Shown: positions 57,301 to 64,000 of the stretch, piece by piece
How the letters are laid out: the number at the start of each line of letters is the position of its first letter
Position numbering within the stretch: position 1 is the first letter of the stretch
The notes under the pieces: model-generated
What the model was told of the DNA's origin: nothing
What the model saw: the letters and a program-made list of their open reading frames with translations, nothing else
Database searches by the model: none
Program-made: the position numbers and the translations under genes
Assembly (NCBI GenBank): GCA_963735595.1
Contig: CAVTLK010000001.1
Span: forward strand, 640,001-704,000
Direction of reading: 5' to 3'
Length of the DNA: 64,000 nt
From: an uncultured delta proteobacterium
GTDB taxonomy: Bacteria > Desulfobacterota > Zymogenia > Zymogenales > Zymogenaceae

Positions 57301-57853
57301 GCTCCACGATACCGTTTTCCATCAGCTCGAGGAAGAACCTGCCCTGATATATCTCGGAAAAAACACCGGCGGAAGCAAGCGCCCCCCGTTCATCTCCCTG
57401 AAGGATCTTGGAGGCAATCTCTCCCTTGAGGCAGGCCGAGAGGGCGATCAGGCCGCCGCTGTAACGGGAGAGGAGCTCCTTATCGACCCGGGGTTTGTAG
57501 TAAAAGCCCTCGAGATGGGCGTGCGTCAGGAGCCGGTTCAGGTTTCGGTACCCTTCCTCGTTCTCGACGATCAGGACAAGGTGGTTGTTCCTCTCGGCAA
57601 GCGGCCCCGTCTCGTGATCGGTGTAGGTGCCGGGGGCGACGTACACCTCGCAGCCGATGATAGGCTTGATGCCGGCCTCTTTGGCGTGGAGGAAAAAATC
57701 GAGGGCTCCGTAGAGGTTGCCGTGGTCGGTAATCGCCACCGCCGACATCTTCATCTGGCGGGTGGCGTCAAACAGGTCCTTGAGGCGAATAGCCCCGTCA
57801 AGCAGGCTGTATTGGGTGTGGAGGTGGAGATGGACGAATTGGGGGTCGGCCAT
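54370..57853 (-). CDS. dnaE: DNA polymerase III alpha subunit (frameshift near 55020)
   Basis: HLHTQYSLLDG, GRGSAAGS, PDIDIDF, YGFNKSHS; OB-fold C-terminus in ORF 54370..55017. Confidence 0.96.
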
Positions 57854-57855
57854 GA

Positions 57856-59412
57856 CTACTCCCACTCTATCGTGCTCGGGGGCTTGGTCGAGACGTCATA
57901 CACGACGCGGTTGACCCCCTTCACTTCGTTGATGACGCGGGAAGCGATCCGGGCCAGGACGTCATACGGGAGCCGAACCCAGTCGGCGGTCATCCCGTCA
58001 AGGCTGTTGACAATCCGCAATGCGACAACATTGTCGTAGGTGCGCTCGTCTCCCATGACCCCTACGGTCTTGACCGGAAGCAGCACCGCAAATGCCTGCC
58101 ATATCTCGTCGTAGAGGCCGGCGGACTTGATCTCGTCTTCCACGATAACGTCGGCCTCGCGCAGCATATCACAGTGCGGTTTGGTGACGTCACCGAGGAT
58201 CCGCACGGCAAGCCCCGGTCCGGGGAAGGGATGACGGCCGATGACCTCTTCCGGCAACCCCAGTTCCCGGCCCAGCACCCGGACCTCGTCCTTGAAAAGT
58301 TCCTTGAGAGGCTCGATCAGGATGAGGTTCATGACATCGGGCAGCCCCCCGACGTTGTGGTGGCTCTTGATGGTGGCTGAAGGCCCCTTGAACGAGACGC
58401 TCTCGATTACGTCGGGATAGAGCGTCCCCTGGGCGAGGTATTTCACGCCGGGAATGGCGGCGGCTTCCTTCTCGAAAAGCTCGATAAAGAGGTTGCCGAT
58501 GATCTTGCGTTTCTTCTCGGGATCGGTCACACCGGCGAGCCGCGCGAGAAACTGCTCTTCGGCCCATAGAACGTGAAGATCCATGTGGAAATGCCCATGG
58601 AAGACCTTTTTTACCCGCTCTGCCTCTCCCGTGCGCAAGAGACCGTTGTCCACGAAGATGCAGGTGAGCCTGTCGGCTACCGCGCGGTCGATAAGGGCCG
58701 CAACTACCGAGGAATCGACCCCCCCCGAAAGGGCGCAGATCACCCGGTCGTCCCCCACGACATTCCTGATTCTGTCTATCTCCGTATCGATAAATGAGCG
58801 CATCGTCCACAGGCCCGAGAGACCCGCGACATCAAACAGGAAGTTCCTGAGTATCTCGGTCCCCCGGGGGGTATGCACCACCTCGGGATGGAACTGAACG
58901 CCGAATATCCTCTTTCCCCGATTCTCGATAGCGGCCACGAGGTCATTATCGCTTTTGGCGCAAACAGTGAAGCCCGGCGGCGCCTTCTTGATGCTGTCTC
59001 CATGGCTCATCCAGACCGCGACTTTCCCTTCGGCCTGGAAGCCGGAAAAGAGGGTGTCGTAGGACGCCGGTCTGACAACCGCCCTTCCATACTCGCGATT
59101 CCCGGACGATGCCACCTCACCGCCCAGAAGGTGGGTAATGAGCTGCATGCCATAGCATATCCCCAACACGGGTATGCCCATGTCGAGTATCTCCCGGGCA
59201 ACATGCGGAGCATTTTTATCGTAGACACTGGCAGGGCTGCCCGAAAAAACGAGCGCCCGCGGGCGAAGCTCTCTGATCTTCTCGATCGGTATCGTATAGT
59301 GGTGGATCTCGCAGTATACGTGCTGCTCCCTGATACGCCGGGCGATAAGCTGGGTATACTGTGAGCCGAAGTCGAGGATGAGGACGTTTTCCTGGTGGAT
59401 GTCGCTATGCAT
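57856..59412 (-). CDS. guaA: GMP synthase
   Basis: [35 protein letters not shown]. Confidence 0.98.
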   Translation of the reverse strand: MHSDIHQENVLILDFGSQYTQLIARRIREQHVYCEIHHYTIPIEKIRELRPRALVFSGSPASVYDKNAPHVAREILDMGIPVLGICYGMQLITHLLGGEVASSGNREYGRAVVRPASYDTLFSGFQAEGKVAVWMSHGDSIKKAPPGFTVCAKSDNDLVAAIENRGKRIFGVQFHPEVVHTPRGTEILRNFLFDVAGLSGLWTMRSFIDTEIDRIRNVVGDDRVICALSGGVDSSVVAALIDRAVADRLTCIFVDNGLLRTGEAERVKKVFHGHFHMDLHVLWAEEQFLARLAGVTDPEKKRKIIGNLFIELFEKEAAAIPGVKYLAQGTLYPDVIESVSFKGPSATIKSHHNVGGLPDVMNLILIEPLKELFKDEVRVLGRELGLPEEVIGRHPFPGPGLAVRILGDVTKPHCDMLREADVIVEDEIKSAGLYDEIWQAFAVLLPVKTVGVMGDERTYDNVVALRIVNSLDGMTADWVRLPYDVLARIASRVINEVKGVNRVVYDVSTKPPSTIEWE

Positions 59413-59419
59413 CGGGAGT

Positions 59420-60883
<1,464 letters not shown>

Positions 60884-60973
60884 TTAAAGGGCGCCCCCCG
60901 GAGGATACCCATGCCTCCGCGGGGCCGGCCTGTTAAAGGTGAGACACACAACGCCCAGCGGCGTTCATATGTC

Positions 60974-61908
60974 CTATATATACGGCGATTTAATCAGTCC
61001 CTCAATAATCCCTTCGAGGATTCCCCGGTCGCTCACAATCAGGCCGCCCGCGCCGAAGCGATCCATTATCGCCCCAACGATGACCGCCCCCGCGATGATC
61101 ACGTCCTCCCGCCCCTTGCTCATAACGGGATAGCGGGCCAGCCGTTGCCAGCCGGTCATGGATATGCACTCCTTTCAGGATGGAATCGATACGGCCCCGT
61201 GTGAGGAGACGGCCTTCCACGGCGTTTGGGTCATATACATCAAGATCACGATCGATGGCCGCCAGCGTCGTTACGGTGCCGGCCGTCCCCGCGAGGCGTA
61301 ACGGCCCGGTGCCTGTTGTGAATCGATTATATACCCGATCGATCCGTTTTTCCACAAAATTCAAAAGGCGATCTATCTCTTTTGGCTGCGGCGGGTCTCC
61401 GGCCAGGAACATCTCGGTGGTTCGAACCACCCCCAGGTCGGTGCTTACAATGTCTATGACGTCACCATCCCGGGCGTGTATTAACTCGGTGCTTCCTCCT
61501 CCGATGTCGATGACGATGAGATCTCCCCGGCCCCCTCGAACCGTTGGGGCGATCCCATCCATGACCAGGCGGGCTTCCTGGGTGCCGGAGATGACGTCAA
61601 TCCCGATGCCGCATGAGCCGGCCGCCGCGACGAATTCTATGGAATTTTCGGCCTCTCTGACGGCGCTGGTTGCCACCGCCCGATAGCGTATTACGCCAAG
61701 CCGTTCCCAACGGTTTTTGAAGTCTTCCGAGTGCGTCCACTGTTCGGGCGATCGCCGCGGGCTTAAGCCTCCGCGAGGTCCCTATCCCCTCACCGAGCCG
61801 CGTAATCCGCTGGGCCCGTTCTATAACCTGAAAGCCCTCCCCCGTTTCCTTTTCGCCTACCATTAACCGGACGGTGTTTGACCCTACGTCCACCGACGCC
61901 GAACGCAT
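60974..61908 (-). CDS. ppx: Ppx/GppA family phosphatase (two frameshifts)
   Basis: DVGSNT, ATSAVREA, DIGGGSTE, GREDVI..G, GILEG. Confidence 0.88.
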
Positions 61909-62361
61909 CTATGTTTCCCCTCCGAGGGACTCCGTCATGAGGGGGACGTTGCCGCGGACCAGCAAAACCGTCTTGCGAAAAAGGGCCAGAATAAAAGCGA
62001 CGGCGATTTCCGGATGTTCCATGGAGAGTCGGGTCAGTCCCTCCCGCGAAAGGATCAGGGTCTGCGTATCTTCGTCGGCCCGTGCGGTAACGACCCTGGG
62101 GCCCTCGTCGATGACTGCAAGTTCACCAAAGCTGTCTCCGGGCCCCAGCCGAACCAGCCGTTTTTCCACCCCTTCGGTGACCATCTTGGTCAATGATACG
62201 TAACCCGAGTCGATAAGGAAGAGTGATTCGCCGCGCATATTTTCCACGAAGATGAGCGAATCATTCTTGAAACGCCGCATTGTCAGGTACCGGGAAAAGA
62301 CGGTCAGCATCTCATCGCTCATCTCGGATAGTAATGGGAATTTCCTGAGGGCGGCGGTCAT
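61909..62361 (-). CDS. Cyclic-nucleotide-binding domain protein
   Basis: LGPGDSFGELAVID.GPR..TARA. Confidence 0.85.
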   Translation of the reverse strand: MTAALRKFPLLSEMSDEMLTVFSRYLTMRRFKNDSLIFVENMRGESLFLIDSGYVSLTKMVTEGVEKRLVRLGPGDSFGELAVIDEGPRVVTARADEDTQTLILSREGLTRLSMEHPEIAVAFILALFRKTVLLVRGNVPLMTESLGGET

Positions 62362-62364
62362 ACT

Positions 62365-63129
62365 CTACCCCTTTTTCTCCTTGAGGGACTTGAGAATCTC
62401 CGAGAGCTTCTGACGGGTTTCATCGTAAGAAAGCAAAAGCGCCGAGAGCTCCACCTCGTGTTCGACGGCCGAATGTCGATCGAGCCGGGGCACAAGGTCC
62501 GATATCCGTTTGATCATCGACAGTACCTTTGGCGATCTTTGGGCGAGTTTACCGGCGAGGTCATTGGCTGCATCCATAACCTTTTCGGGAGGCAATACCT
62601 GCGTGACAAGACCGATCCGCTCCGCCTCTACCGCCCCGATGGGTTCTCCGGTCATAGCCAGTTGCTTGGCCTTGGCGATTCCTACTCTTCGCCAGAGGGG
62701 ATCGAAGATCGGATTGAGGCCGAACTTTACCTCGGGATGGGCGAAGATCGCCGTTTCCGAGGCTATGATGAAATCACACGCCAGAGCAAGGTTGAAACCG
62801 CCTCCCAGGGCGATACCCATCACCGCCGCCACCATCGGTTTGGGGAAATCATAGAGCGAGAGGTAGTAATCGATGATCGGCTCAAAGTAGGTCTTGTACT
62901 CGGTGGAGGAGAGTTTCGTCAGCTCGGCAAGATCGATGCCCGCGGAAAATATCTCCGGTCCTCCCGTGATGATGACGACATTTACCTTTGGGTCGTCCTT
63001 GAGCTCTCCCATGAGGTCGGACAGCTCACCGCAGAGATTCCGGGAGAGCGCGTTCATCTCCCTTGGACGATTGAGGGTGATAGTCCCTACACCGTCCCGG
63101 ACACAAAAGACTAAGTCGGTATAACCCAT
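62365..63129 (-). CDS. Enoyl-CoA hydratase/isomerase family protein
   Basis: LNRP..MNAL, FSAGIDL, ALGGG..LALACD, PEVKFG. Confidence 0.92.
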   Translation of the reverse strand: MGYTDLVFCVRDGVGTITLNRPREMNALSRNLCGELSDLMGELKDDPKVNVVIITGGPEIFSAGIDLAELTKLSSTEYKTYFEPIIDYYLSLYDFPKPMVAAVMGIALGGGFNLALACDFIIASETAIFAHPEVKFGLNPIFDPLWRRVGIAKAKQLAMTGEPIGAVEAERIGLVTQVLPPEKVMDAANDLAGKLAQRSPKVLSMIKRISDLVPRLDRHSAVEHEVELSALLLSYDETRQKLSEILKSLKEKKG

Positions 63130-63232
63130 GGTCGCACTTCCAGAATATCAAAGAAAACGGTAATCACGCTCACGGGATCGTTAGTACCGCCGGGCCCCGC
63201 GCCAATCCGCGGAGGCGATACGCACCCGCCCG

Positions 63233-64000
63233 CTATCGTTCGGGATGTATCAGGCCCAGAAGCGTATCGAGGTTTATCCCATCGTATATCTCGGGATTCC
63301 CCTCCTTTGGGGTTTCGATAATCTTGGGGACGCCCCGAAACCTGGTATCGTTCATAATCAAACGAAACGGGTCAAGCCCGAGCTCGCCCCATCCGATATG
63401 CTGATGACGATCCACACGGGATCCGAGCCCCTTTTTGGAGTCGTTGAGATGAAATGCCCGCAGGCGCCGTAATCCCAGCAGCCTGTCGAATTGTTCCATT
63501 GTCTTCTCGTACTCCCGCCCCGTCCTGATATCGTAACCGGCGGCAAAGGTGTGGCAGGTGTCGTAGCAGATCCCTATCCGGCTATCGACTCCCGATTTTT
63601 CGATGATTTCGGAAAGCTGTTCAAACGAATTGCCGATGCCGTTTCCCTGCCCGGCCGTCGTTTCCAGAAGAACCGTTACGGCGCCGGACTTGGAAAGGAC
63701 GTCACCAAGGGCCGCCCCGAGTTTTTCGATTCCCTCCCGTTGCCCTGTCCCGCCGTGGCTTCCGGGATGCATTACCAACAGACCGATTCCGAGGGATAGG
63801 CATCGCTCTATCTCCTGCCGCAGGCTTTCTACCGATCGCGCCGCCGTCACGTCGTTTGCCGACGCCGGGTTGATGAGGTAGTCCGTATGGGCGACGACGC
63901 TCCCGAATCCGCCGTCTTTCACGGCCTGGCGAAACTTAGCCGCCTCCCCCGGATTGATGGGTTTGCCAGCCCACTGGTTGGAGTTCTTGGTGAAGAGCTG
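63233..64000 (-). CDS. nfo: Endonuclease IV (5' end off-window)
   Basis: QLFTKN..QW, HPGS, ETTAGQG, DTCH.FAAGYD, HLNDSK..GSRVDRH. Confidence 0.95.
   Translation of the reverse strand, partial: QLFTKNSNQWAGKPINPGEAAKFRQAVKDGGFGSVVAHTDYLINPASANDVTAARSVESLRQEIERCLSLGIGLLVMHPGSHGGTGQREGIEKLGAALGDVLSKSGAVTVLLETTAGQGNGIGNSFEQLSEIIEKSGVDSRIGICYDTCHTFAAGYDIRTGREYEKTMEQFDRLLGLRRLRAFHLNDSKKGLGSRVDRHQHIGWGELGLDPFRLIMNDTRFRGVPKIIETPKEGNPEIYDGINLDTLLGLIHPER

Overview
Bacterial chromosomal window, almost all minus-strand coded; gene content suggests an anaerobic Desulfobacterota/Deltaproteobacteria-like organism (inference). A housekeeping backbone (ihfA-pheT-pheS-rplT-rpmI-infC-thrS-tRNA-Val-hfq ... miaA-mutL ... 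cysE-accA-dnaE-guaA-guaB-ppx-nfo) is split between the normally adjacent miaA and hfq by a ~29 kb formate/H2 energy block. That block holds a selenocysteine periplasmic formate dehydrogenase (fdnGHI-fdhE), a group 1 membrane-bound [NiFe]-hydrogenase with maturation genes, and an operon with an OFA-family transporter, NfnAB, a DRTGG/kinase/PHP cassette and a cytoplasmic Sec-FDH with NuoE/NuoF-like partners (NuoF fused to a GltD-like module). Main observation: two P3-less (tungsten-type) Moco-family riboswitch candidates, one before fdnG and one, unexpectedly, before the [NiFe]-hydrogenase. Each overlaps a competing terminator-like hairpin (ON-switch logic), suggesting Mo/W-cofactor co-control of formate and H2 enzymes. 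Also: a FadR-type palindromic operator on the third operon, and an integrase-less array of single-gene cassettes delimited by tRNA-Pro 3'-end plus terminator copies. Many genes, including essential ones, carry single-base indels, most likely long-read assembly errors. All family assignments are by eye, with no database searches.
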